The notes: a model not told the origin generated them from the letters alone. Counted from the first letter of the stretch, positions 1 to 11,769 are shown. The stretch: 25,937 nucleotides of DNA from Octopus sinensis (GCF_006345805.1 NW_021835659.1:1-25937), one strand, 5' to 3'. Program-made: numbers and translations.

Positions 1-41
1 GACAACAACTGGTTCGGCTCAGTTATAAATAAATAATGGAG

Positions 42-72
<31 letters not shown>

Positions 73-495
73 ACACAGATATAAATAAATAAATAATCGA
101 TTAAACAAGATGTTATATTAACGAAATATAATTAATTTTTCTTCAGATAAAAAGACATTTATCACCGAAAATTTATGGATTTTGGAGCATATAGAATAAA
201 TAATGATCATAATAATAATATTAATAATAATAATAATAATAATGATATAATAATAATAATAATAAAAATATAAAAATAATAAAAATAATAATAATGATAA
301 TAATAATGATAATAATATCTAAATAAGATTAAATAAGAAACGTAATGATAATAATAAATAAATAGAATGCATTTTTCATATTTTTCTCTCTGTGTTTTTA
401 TTGTTTCCTTGTCATGTCATAATCAGTCTCCTCGCTCCTTTCTTCATCTGCTTGCCTATCTTATTTAATTTTTCTGATAGATGGATAAATTAATA

Positions 496-600
<105 letters not shown>

Positions 601-803
601 TCATCATCATCATCATCATCATCAACATCATCATGATCTTTATTACTATTGGCATTAATATTTAGTCGTACGTGCATAAACCTCACCAAGGCACATAAGT
701 ACACTACAAATATACACATACACACAAAGACACACACACACACGCACACGCACACACAACACACACACACACACACACACACACCACACACACACACCAC
801 ACC

Positions 804-861
<58 letters not shown>

Positions 862-1119
862 AGAATGGGTTATAAAATGCTTACGTAACTGTAGCCTAGA
901 TGCCACCAAATTTCGAATCTTAAATTCTATCATCTTTGTTAGGGGTAGATAGTTTCGAGATCGAAATTCGGCTAAACAAACGATAAACATCAAGAGGGTA
1001 TAAAAATAGAATAGAGGGTATAAAAACATAATAGGTGTGCAGAATGTAGTTATTTGGAAAGTTGCACATATATATATTACAAGCTGTTCATATGAATACA
1101 CGCCTTATGCCTTTTATTA

Positions 1120-1220
1120 CGCAACCGGCACTTTGGGCGAGTGTGTTCTACTAAAACCCGGACAGCCCAACGCATTTTGAGTGAACTTGGTTGGTGGAAA
1201 GTGTGTAAGCCCTTCGTTTA
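1120..1220 (+). mobile_element. SINE family C, degraded internal fragment
   Basis: 'ttgggcgagtgtgttctacta...gtgaacttggttggtggaaagtgtgtaagcccttcgt' resembles the reverse complement of the family C copy at 24220-24310. Confidence 0.6.
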
Positions 1221-1244
1221 TCCATCTATCTATGTATCTATTTA

Positions 1245-1277
<33 letters not shown>

Positions 1278-1290
1278 ATCTCTCTCTACG

Positions 1291-1331
1291 CTGCATTGAT
1301 AAAGGGCAACAACCCTGAAACATGTCTGCAG
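1291..1331 (+). ncRNA. Minimal type I hammerhead ribozyme motif (Penelope-associated type), U3-A8 core variant
   Basis: CTGCA-TTGATAA-AGGG caacaa CCCT-GAAA-CATGTC-TGCAG. Stem I CTGCA/TGCAG, core UUGAUAA, 4-bp stem II, GAAA, palindromic stem III ACAUGU, GUC cleavage triplet. Confidence 0.7.
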
Positions 1332-2078
1332 ATGTCTGACTAGCAAGGTGAAGCGGCTGACCTCCCTTGTTCGAAAGTTGTAATGGACGCAGTTTCGTGT
1401 GTCATATAGCTAGCTAGAGGCGATGGCCTCTTGGAGCTAATCAGCGACAGCTTTAGACTGCCATATTAGTATGGCGATAACTATTAATATATAGGGAGAG
1501 TTTACGAAAAAAACAAAAGACGAAGACAGGTGGTGTACAAAACAATCAGATGTATTAGTATAACGCTCAGGAATAGAAAAAGTCTTTTACGTTTCGAGCC
1601 TACGATCTTACGCTAATATCGATCAGTGAAAATAAGCGCTCGACACCGCATTAGTGGATAAATATTCTTTATCTATGGGTTTCGAAGTCTAAAATGGTTT
1701 TACTTAGAGAGAAATCTCTCCACTATTATCAAGCCTACCATAAAAGAACGCTGGTATTTGTCTCCATATTGGATGAGAATACACGAAATGACACGAGACT
1801 GTATGGGATATGTGCATAAATTAATGTATAGATCATTAGAGATGATTTATAGGGAAATCATAATTGTCTTCCTTGAATTAGCCGTGGTATCTTTGTAATG
1901 AACTGCACACATCATCGATTGATTAACTGCTTAATTATTTTATATGAGAATACTCGTGCAAGTACAAATTTAAAAATGTATATAGACACGTATGCGTATA
2001 TTCACATCCATACAAAATATTTACGTGCACACATACATATTATATATATATATATATATATATACATACACACACACA

Positions 2079-2541
<463 letters not shown>

Positions 2542-3155
2542 GAGAGTTTGTGAGATATATAAATACATACATGCAAATTGACCAGCTGATTCGTACTTTA
2601 CAAGTCCAATCTGTGAGTGGAACTCTAAAATTATGTAAGACTTTTCTCAAGTTCCAAATGTGAATTTGTCTGTGTTAACTACATTCCAAAGATCTTGTAT
2701 CTTTGATAATTAAGAAATAGAAGAGACGTACGTACGTACATACATACATACATACATACATACATACATACATACATACATACATACATACTCACACACA
2801 TACATACATATACACACAAACATGCTTACACCTCTGCATTATAAATTTTGTTCGTGTATGACTATGCGCACACAATGGTTGCGTTTCACAGATTTTGACA
2901 CCAAACTATGTCCACAAGGTGATAAATTCATAATATTGTATATGTATATGAAATTTTTTGTGTGAATCATGTAATGTCATGAATATGTGCAATCACATAT
3001 ATTTAGGGGGCCGAACACATGTTTATGGGGGCGTGTATCTTTAATTCATAACGTTCCTATAGTGCATATAACCGATGTCTAGCGAACTTATCCAGGGTAG
3101 AGGGATAGAGAAATAGGTAGGGATGAGGGTCGTGCTTGAAACTTTCAGGTACGAA

Positions 3156-3650
3156 TTATTGCTTGTACCTGTAAGGGGAGAACGTTTCCTCCTTAATGTT
3201 TAACACATTCTCTGTTGATGTTATGATATTTAACTTTTCGGTGATGCAGAGCTTGCATTTGCTGCGCCGTCCTATGTATTTGCTGATTTTAGCTATAAAC
3301 ATCCAGTTTATATGTGGGTTGCCAACTTCTCTATCTTTAAGTGTCTATACTATATTAGATAAAAATATTGTTTTGTCTTTTGTTTTTATCTCTGAACGAA
3401 GATAAATGCTTCATATATCTGTCCTTGAAGGTACTTCCCGTCATTCCAATATATGTTGGGGGTTATATTTAAATCTCTACGACTAATCACTAGTAGCACT
3501 GTTGCACATCTATTTAGTAAGGTTTGAGGAGTCCCTGATGTGTCTCATGATGTCTCGTATAGATTTGCTGATAATACTCATTTCCGTTTTCGTGGGATTT
3601 ATCAACCTACAGCGTGGATTAGCGCTCAAAATCTTCACTAGAAATATGCA
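3156..3650 (-). mobile_element. Penelope-like element relic: RT N-terminal piece joined to GIY-YIG endonuclease (internally deleted, frameshifted)
   Basis: Minus-strand translations NPRCRLINPTKTEMSIISKS, TYIGMTGSTFKDRYMKHLSSFRDK (about 3385-3456) and TLKDRE...INW...KCKLCITEKLNII...LN match Penelope RT-region and GIY-YIG motifs. Confidence 0.8.
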
Positions 3651-3724
3651 GTCCAAATCAGGTGTAGTTGCCCCTATAACACAGAGTTGGTCATTTTCAA
3701 CCACAATAAAAATAGCAGTAAGAA

Positions 3725-3797
3725 TATCGTAAGGATAGACGAAAGCTGGTAAGTATTTAGTCCGGCATGCTGGCGATTCTGCAAGTTCACCTGCTAA
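3725..3797 (-). mobile_element. SINE family B, degraded head
   Basis: Reverse complement gcaggtgaacttgcagaatcgccagcatgccggactaaatactta...ttcgtctatccttacg aligns with the family B head. Confidence 0.6.
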
Positions 3798-3835
3798 ATA
3801 ACAGCTACAACATCAACAGAAACAGCAGCATCACA

Positions 3836-3883
3836 TGTAGTAGTAGTAGTAGTAGTAGTAGTGTAGTAGTAGTAGTAGTAGTA

Positions 3884-3918
<35 letters not shown>

Positions 3919-4095
3919 TAGTAGTAGTGGTGGTGGTGGTGGTAGTAGTAGTAGTAGCAGTAGTAGTAGCAGCAGTAGTAGTACTAGTAGTAGTAGTAGT
4001 AGTAGCAGTAGTAGCAGCAGCAGCTGCAGCAGTAGTAGTAGTAGTAGTAGTAGCAGCAGCAGTAGTAGTAGTAGTAGTAGTAGTAGCAGCAGCAC

Positions 4096-4150
<55 letters not shown>

Positions 4151-4381
4151 GGTGGTGGTAATGGTGGTAGTAGTAGTTGTTGATGTTTCAAATTTTGGCG
4201 CAAGGTGAGCAAGCTTAGAGGGTGTGGGTAATGAATAATGATGATGCTGCCGACGACGATGATGACGATGACGATGATGATGAGGAGGAGGCGGATGAGA
4301 AGGAGGATAATGATGACGGTTGATGATGATGATGATGATGACGACGACGATGATGATGATGATGGTGACGATGACAACGCC

Positions 4382-4429
<48 letters not shown>

Positions 4430-4700
4430 CACGATGATGCTGATTATGATGATCACGGTGATGATGATGATGATGATGTTGATGATGTCGATGAACAGAA
4501 GAAGAAGAAGAAGAAGAAGAAGAAGAAAAAGAAGAAGAAGAAGAAGAAGAAGAAGAAGAAGAAGAAGAAGAAGAAGAAGAAGAGAAGAAGAAGAAGAAGA
4601 AGAAGAAGAAGAAGAAGAAGAAGAAGAAGAAGAAGAAGAAGAAGAAGATTGATGATACTGAACATGATGATGATGATGATTGACGATGACGATGATGATG
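3836..4700. repeat. Compound trinucleotide microsatellite (TAG/CAG/TGG, then GAT/GAC, GAA, GAT)
   Basis: Directly visible; source of the poly-V/D/K/R/E/S/L ORFs. Confidence 0.95.
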
Positions 4701-4859
4701 TTGTTGCATCTCACTCTTCCAAACATGGATATTGAAAAATCCAAGGGAGAATTTAGAGATGATAAGAAAGGGACTTATCAATGGAATCGATGGTCGAAAA
4801 TATTAGTAAGAGGTCTAAAGATTAACAGTGAAGTGACAGCAGTTAGGCCAATATATCAT

Positions 4860-5220
4860 GATCAGAGGGAAAGATACTTAATAGTGATAAGAGAAATAAT
4901 TACCCAGAGAATTCGAGCGAATAGCCAACGTATTAGGAGATATGAAAAGAGAGAAACGGTATTACCTCGCCGTTGTCTTCATCTTCATTAGACGGAACGA
5001 TTGAAAAAGCGTAAGTTTGGCAGATACACTATGAGGAATAAAGCATCAATAGAAGAATCTGGAAGGAATTATAGCAGAAAGATCTAGCTCGTCTCTGAAG
5101 CGTAGATTGATTAGCAAGTGTGAAGAAAATTTAAGCAGATAATCATTGCAAAGGCAAGACTGACTGACAAGAAGTAACTCGTAATAAGATTGCTGTAGGT
5201 GTTAAGATGTTAAATTCTAC
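4860..5220 (+). mobile_element. R4/Dong-type non-LTR retrotransposon fragment (region upstream of the RT core), degraded
   Basis: REIITQRIRANSQRIRRYEKR resembles the R4/Dong 'LKQK..AKA.RIRRYEKR' motif. Broken frames downstream resemble 'EEFWK.IW...W' and the approach to NWKAPG. Confidence 0.6.
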
Positions 5221-5347
5221 AACCAGAAAGATATAGCTAACTAGCTACATACATACATTCAAACATACATACATACATACAACATACATACATACATACA
5301 TAATACATACATACATACTTATATATATATGTACACATATACACACG

Positions 5348-5379
<32 letters not shown>

Positions 5380-5569
5380 CGCTAACATACACATAAATGA
5401 GTGACTATGGCCATCACTCGCAAGCGACCATTACTTTGTGCTCTGCACCATGCTTTTACTAATTGCGTCATCCACTTGTATAGTTACGAGCAAATATAGT
5501 CCTACACTCAACCTCTCTCGCTGGATTCATTTGATCATCTCGGATGTGAAGGAATATGAGCTACGTCAG

Positions 5570-5700
5570 CAGTTAGTTGGTGCTCATTTTAAGCCGACTA
5601 GAATGAAAGAATTAAGCAATGCGAAATGAGGTGACTTGCTAAGGAACACAACACACTAAACAGCCGGCCTAGGAATCGAAATCAACATGACTTTATAATC
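5570..5700 (-). mobile_element. SINE family D remnant
   Basis: 'gtgacttgctaaggaacacaac...ggcctaggaatcgaaa' is the reverse complement of the D head/centre seen at 11670-11730 and 24550-24590. A further head-like piece 'cgacaccttaaccactaatccgcgcg' lies at about 5840-5866. Confidence 0.6.
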
Positions 5701-5943
5701 AGGTGAAGGTTATTTCTACAGGTATTGTCAATTTACATCTGACGTCTCGATACGAAACACTGTAGTATATATCAGTGCTGGCTTCCTACAAATCGTACCT
5801 ACAAATCTTTAATATTTATAATCTGGATCCCGACACCTTAACCACTAATCCGCGCGTTAGTTTTGGATTCTTCAGATTATCTCTCCCTCTCATATGGGGC
5901 TGGTTTCGATTACGATTTAATGATGGTAATGCATCTTCTACAG

Positions 5944-6195
5944 CAGTGGTTTTCAACCATTCTTTTACCCATGGACCGCATTGATTCTTATTTTACTCGG
6001 AATGAACTGAATAACTATTCAATGCCTAAAAATTGTTGTTATATTTTTATGGTTAGATATTTTTAGGAACTATGTAAAAAAATTAAGATATTATGTGTAT
6101 TGTCGAAGCATGACCAAATTATGGTACATAAATTTTAGCAACAAATTTTATACAGACCACCCAGGGGTCATATGTATCCCAATTGAAAACCACTG
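5944..6195. mobile_element. hAT (Charlie-like) MITE, 252 bp
   Basis: 13-bp perfect TIR CAGTGGTTTTCAA (5944-5956, 6183-6195). The 8-bp flanks TTCTACAG and CTCCAGAG match each other at 5/8 and both resemble the Charlie target CTCTAGAG. No ORF. Confidence 0.8.
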
Positions 6196-6350
6196 CTCCA
6201 GAGGCAAATAATAGTTTTAGTTGTAAGCTATTGGTTATATCTGTATTGTTTATACTATCCTAATACATGTCATTGACCACTCTGGATTATTTCTCTTAGC
6301 TTTTTCTTTTTTGTTTTTGTTTAATTCCATACAGACAGACAGGACAGACA

Positions 6351-7100
6351 ACGTGCGTTCCAGACGTTTTAAGACTTTTCTGGAGAGACATTTACTAATC
6401 TCATAGAAGAGCAAAACACAAATTTCTTTCAAAGCAAGCTCTTCTGATTTCATAGCACTCGTTGTACTCTTCCGACCAATTCATGAAGTCCCCATGGAAG
6501 TCCTTCGGAGTGAAGGTGTGCAAGACTCTTGTCACTGCCTCCTTCATTTTCTCCTTCGGCTTGAAGAACAACCAAAAGTAACGGAGAGCAACGTCTGGAC
6601 TTTAGGGAGAATGAGGGACAGTTATGATTCCCATCTCTGTCAAGTAGTTGGCTACCAGGATGGAACTGCAGACTGATGCATTGTCCTGGTACAATTACTC
6701 TAGCATTTTGCGACGAAATCACTTCCAGAATTCCGTCGAAATCTTCACAAAGTACTGTTTGATTACCGGTCGGCCCAAGGAAACTCAGCGATGTAGATGA
6801 TGGCATTGCTGTCGAAATAAAGAATCATCATGTGCTTCCAAGTGGACTTGCTTTGCCTCGCCCCTTATGCCAGCGAAGGCAGATGCTCGGCTCATACAAG
6901 TTAATCCATAGGCGGCATTTTGGAGCCTTTCGTAATTTTCTGTAGCTTTCTTGCCCAGTTTAGCGCAAAACATTATTACTTAGCGAACTACCAAATGTCC
7001 TGATTTCGCTCTAAAAACCTGGTCTTCTGTTCAAAGTGCTCTGCAGTTTGGAATAACAAAAGTTGGCAGGTCAGCTTATAAGATGTATGTCAAATATATT
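6351..7100 (-). mobile_element. Mariner transposon relic, internally deleted transposase pseudogene
   Basis: N-terminus FCAKLGKKATENYERLQ.A...CMSRAS (6973 downward) fits the mariner HTH. C-terminus QDNASVCSSILVANYLTEMGIITVPHSP*SPDVALRYFWLF...EKMKEAVTRVLHTFTPKDFHG...EEYNEC fits HQDNAP and PYSPDLAPCDFWLFP. Stops and frameshifts present. Confidence 0.88.
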
Positions 7101-7671
7101 GTAAAATTACAATAATCTAGAAAAAGTTATAACTGCATTTCCTCAAACGGTCAACGAAAATTTTGAGTTCGGGTGTGATACGTCTACCTGAATACAACAC
7201 CAATATTACACATACACACACACTGTCTCTCTCTTTCTTTTTTGCTCTCTTTCCCATGACTTTCATCTTCCATGTTCCTGCCGTAAGGCTTCACTTCTAC
7301 ACACACCAGCTTAATTTAATTCCTCCTTAGTCGAAAGACACCTGTTGTTAATGTCATTTTGTTTGTATTTGTGTACCATTTCTCCGTTTTATTTTTCTTT
7401 TCGTCCTTGTTTTCGTATACATTCGCTTGCTTTCTTCCAAAGAATCTAGTACTCTTAGCTTTGATTTCCTTGGGGCCGGCCAGATTAGAGCAGTCTCGAG
7501 ATTAACCGACCGAAACTGCAAAGACAATCTGCTTCTCGACTGAAGATTGAAAGCTCTGAATGTCCCATCCTTGTGTTTTCCTGTCCTTTTTGTACCACCT
7601 ACTGCTCGAATGTTTTGTTGTGACCCGCTACGTTTTTGTTCCATTTTTTGTTTTGATTTTTTATATATATA

Positions 7672-7775
7672 TTTGTGTGTCTGTGTTTGTTCCCACAACA
7701 TCGCTTGAAAACTGATGCTTGTGTGTTTACGTCCCTGTCACTTAGCGGTTCGGCAAGAGAACCGATAGAATAAGT
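7672..7775 (+). mobile_element. SINE family C, 3'-half fragment
   Basis: tgtgtttgttccc...catcgcttgaaaactgatgc...cttagcggttcggcaa...ccgatagaataagt is the reverse complement of about 24075-24180. Confidence 0.8.
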
Positions 7776-7939
7776 GAGCAAAACGAAACACGATTAACCA
7801 CCTTAATGCCACACAACTATCAGCATCATAAACGCGCGCGCACACCACACACACACACACACACATTTGTATGCCTGTATGTATGTATGTAAGTATGTAC
7901 GTATGTGTATATATATATTTGTATTCTTTTCTATTATTC

Positions 7940-8041
7940 TTCTATTTGTTTCAGTCATTTGACAGCAGCCATGCAGGAGCACCGCCTTTAGCCGACCAAA
8001 TCGACCAGGACCTATTCTTTGTAAGCCTAGTACTTATTCTA
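7940..8041 (-). mobile_element. SINE family C, 3'-terminal fragment
   Basis: tttcagtcatttgac...ggagcaccgcctttag...tattctttgtaagcctagtacttattctat matches about 23995-24090. Confidence 0.85.
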
Positions 8042-9621
8042 TGAATATAAAGCAAACAATATTTCATTCAACCTTTTCGAAAAGCCTACTTAAGCATACA
8101 ACACCCTTTGTCCGGTATGCTTAACTATTGGTAATTATAACTAGAACCATCACTCATTTGAAAATAATGATAATATGTTCATTATTTTGTCAAGACATGT
8201 TTGTATTTTCTGCGATATAATCTGTAATTTCAATAAGAGTCACCAACACAGGCAAATCTGTCTACCGATGTGATTCTCAGCATGTTCTCTTGTGCACCTT
8301 TTGTAGCAAAGCCTGTGAGTCAACCAGTGGACTCACACGGCTTTGTAGGTCGCTACATCCAAATGGTCGTGCTGTTACTGGGATGGGGCTGACATTTTAG
8401 GTCTCTTGCAAGCCTATGAGACATCCTCAGCGAAGAGGAAACCAGCCTTGAGATGCTACTTAAAGTGAAATGGATCTAGGAAATGTTCCTACTCGGTTAG
8501 GAGTTGACTTCCACCCTGTCTGCATACATATACATGTATTAGGGTACGCTGTAGAAATTCGGAACATTTCCAGTGCAGTACTCAATCCAAAAGCGTGGCT
8601 ATTTCCATTCTTGGATTGTAGTCATAAGGAAGTTTAAAACTTCACCGATGAAAAGAACCAGGTACATTACCAGTAAGTCTAATGTGCGTATGTGTGTCTT
8701 ATGAGGAGTAATGTGTGTATGTGTGTGTGTAACAAAGAGAGAGTATAACATGCAACCAATAAACAACACTTGACCATCGCTCATTATAACAGCTCATCTT
8801 TTGATGCGACTCTGATGAAGTGCAGCTCTAATATAATCAATAAATGATTTGTAATTAATAATTAATGATTCATAAATTCGTTTTGAGTATAATATAACGC
8901 AACTTTCTCATGAAATCTCTTACGTGCAAGTTCGTGTTTATATCTGTTTTCTCCTACATAATCTATCTTTCGTATGTAGCTATTCCCACCTCTCTGCTGC
9001 CACCACAGTGCCGAATTTCTCTGTTTTACTACTCTGCTGCTCATCCTGCTCTCCAATGAAAGCGTTACTGCTCTCTTTCCTCACATATGTATGAGTTACA
9101 TACTTGCTTCAAATACCTTGAATACTCACCGGCAATATTTGCACTGGATATAGAGAGACATGTTTTATAATGGAACTAATGAGGAATGCTACCGATGAGG
9201 CATGGGAGCACTTTATTTTCATACTTGTACACTTGCTCACACTGTATAACAAGCATGCGCAATTCACAACCGATACCGGACGCAGATACAATTTCATACA
9301 TGCACACATTTCCTAATTTTCCCACATAGAAGCGCATTTATTTCAGACGTTTTATCCCTCTTTCCACGTTTTATTCCTAACATTTTCCCCTTTCTCACAC
9401 CTCAAAGCTTCTCTCTTTTTTTTTCACTTTTTTTTTCTGATAATGGAATAATGTTTGAAACGTTAAAATCACTTTCTCGTTCCATGAAATTGTTTACCTA
9501 CAAACTTTTTGTCAAACTTTGCTCTTCCTCTGTTGTGCTTCTTTTTGTGTATTTCATTTACACACACACACGCACACACGCATACACACACACGTACACA
9601 CACGCGCACACGCAAACACAC

Positions 9622-9654
<33 letters not shown>

Positions 9655-9688
9655 CATACATACATACATACATATACATATATATAGA

Positions 9689-10062
9689 CTTTTATTCTTT
9701 TATTCTGGAGCACCGCCTTTAGTCGAACAAATCGACCCCAGGACTTACTCTTTGTAAGCCTAATACTTATTCTATCGGTCTCTTTTGCCGAGCCGCTACG
9801 GGGACGTAAACGCAACAATATTGGTTGTCAAGCGATTATGGGGGCGACAAACACACATACACATACACATACCCACACACACACACATATATATATACAA
9901 CGGGCTTCTTTCAGTTTCCGTCTACCTAATCCATTCACAAGTCGTTGGTCGACCCGAGGATATACCGAGGTAGAAAACATTTTCCCAATGTGCCACGCAG
10001 TGGGACTGAACTAGGAAGCTTGTCGTTGGGAAGCAAGCTTCATCCCACACAGCCACCCCTAC
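9689..10062 (-). mobile_element. SINE family C, near full length
   Basis: Colinear with 23975-24386, including the internal CA/TA microsatellite and a tRNA-like head (gctgtgtgg...gttcagtccc on the minus strand). Confidence 0.88.
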
Positions 10063-10064
10063 AC

Positions 10065-10137
<73 letters not shown>

Positions 10138-10329
10138 AAAAGTGTACGTATGGATATATGTGCGTCTGTATCTATCTCTGCGTGTATATGTTGGTGCGTA
10201 TGCGTGTTTGCATGTGTGTGTGTGTTTATGCATACTTATGTTTATATACATACGTGGACATGTATACATTTGTGCATAAGTGTGGATACGTATATAAGTA
10301 TTTAGGCATACAGAAAAAGCGATATAGAT

Positions 10330-10343
10330 AGACAGGTAGACAA

Positions 10344-10428
<85 letters not shown>
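10330..10428. repeat. (GATA)n microsatellite
   Basis: Direct observation. Confidence 0.95.
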
Positions 10429-10429
<1 letters not shown>

Positions 10430-10519
10430 TATTGATCCCCCGGTTTTACGTAGGGGATCTTCTACTAGGAAGATATTCCGACCATACTTTGGAATTCTAT
10501 CACCTATATAATCTTTTCT

Positions 10520-10903
10520 ACTCTAGGTACCCGAAGTTTTTGGGGGAGGAGGGCCAGTCGTTTAGATAGGCCAGAGTACGCAACTGGTACTAAATTCATC
10601 GACTTCGAATGGGTGCAAGGCAAAATCGACCTCGGCGGAATTTGAACTCAGAACGTAACGACAGTCGAAATACATATTTCTTTACTACCCACAAGAGGCT
10701 AAAGACAGAGGAAAAACAAGGACAGACAAACGGATTAAGTCGATTATATCGACCCCAGTGCGTAACTGGTACTTATTTAATCGGCCCCGAAAGGATGAAA
10801 GGCAAAATCGACCTCGGCGGAATTTGAACTCTGAGCGTAGGGACAAGAAAATCCGCTAAGCATTTCGCCCGGCGTGCTAACGTTTTTGCCAGTTCACTGC
10901 CTA
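10520..10903 (-). mobile_element. SINE family B dimer (full unit plus headless second unit)
   Basis: Two copies of 'ggcaaaatcgacctcggcggaatttgaactc' (about 10619 and 10801). Junction ...AAAGAAATAT|GTATTTCG... on the minus strand near 10670. Confidence 0.85.
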
Positions 10904-11089
10904 TCACCTAAATAATGGTTTACATCACACTCACTCTTCATCCCTACATCTACCCAGTCATGGAGCAGTTTGTACGAGTTGACATGTCATTGCTACAAGT
11001 ACCCAGAACGACGTGACATAACTGCATGTGTATGTATATGCCTGTGTGTATATATACTCACAAACACGTACAGAAAAACATATGTCAAT

Positions 11090-11094
11090 GTTTA

Positions 11095-11175
<81 letters not shown>

Positions 11176-11200
11176 GTATGTATATATATGTATATATATA

Positions 11201-11267
<67 letters not shown>

Positions 11268-11303
11268 CATATGTATAGACACATAAATACACACACTCAC
11301 ACA

Positions 11304-11339
<36 letters not shown>

Positions 11340-11340
11340 T
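11090..11340. repeat. (TA)n microsatellite
   Basis: Direct observation. Confidence 0.95.
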
Positions 11341-11629
11341 GTGTGAGTGTGTGTATTTATGTGTCTATACGTGGGTGGTTGATAAACTGCAGTCTGAAGG
11401 TTGTAAACAACACCCCCTCCGATTTAACCCCGATATTCAGTACACCAGACGCTATTCAGTACCCTCAGACACCATAACGATATATAAAAATGTTTTCCTG
11501 GTGTTGTCTGGTCGGAAATTTCTTGTCGTCTTATGTTACGTAGACTTCATTTCCCTTAGGTGAGGAATATAAGCGAAAAATCATTTCTTAATCGACCATG
11601 TTTATTATTATTCAACACCGGAACCACTA

Positions 11630-11769
11630 AGCGTGGCCCGGTGACTGGCCTTATGCAGTCATGATCTAGCGATTGTGGTTTCAATTCCTAGACTGGGTAG
11701 CGCGTTGTGTTCTTGAGCAAAACACTTCACCTCACATTCCTCTGCAATCGCTCTGACACCTGACGGGTA
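11630..11769 (+). mobile_element. SINE family D-like host element, 5' part (probably resumes at about 12171-12260)
   Basis: gattgtggtttcaattcctagactggg...gcgttgtgttcttgagcaaaacacttca is shared with 24540-24590; interrupted by the family A copy. Confidence 0.6.

Noticed and set aside
993-1026. Twice-repeated AGAGGGTATAAAAA containing TATA-like boxes
   Set aside because: Short local duplication in AT-rich DNA; no downstream gene evidence.
3564-3578. Plus-strand FADNT resembling the RT FADD motif
   Set aside because: No flanking RT motifs in frame; the segment is better explained as the antisense of the Penelope relic.
7540-7564. CTGAAGA...GAAT-GTC hammerhead-like core
   Set aside because: No convincing stem II and no stem I complementarity.
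9121-9320. Minus-strand GTGAGT donor with upstream 66-aa ORF
   Set aside because: No clear acceptor and no recognisable protein; such motifs occur by chance.
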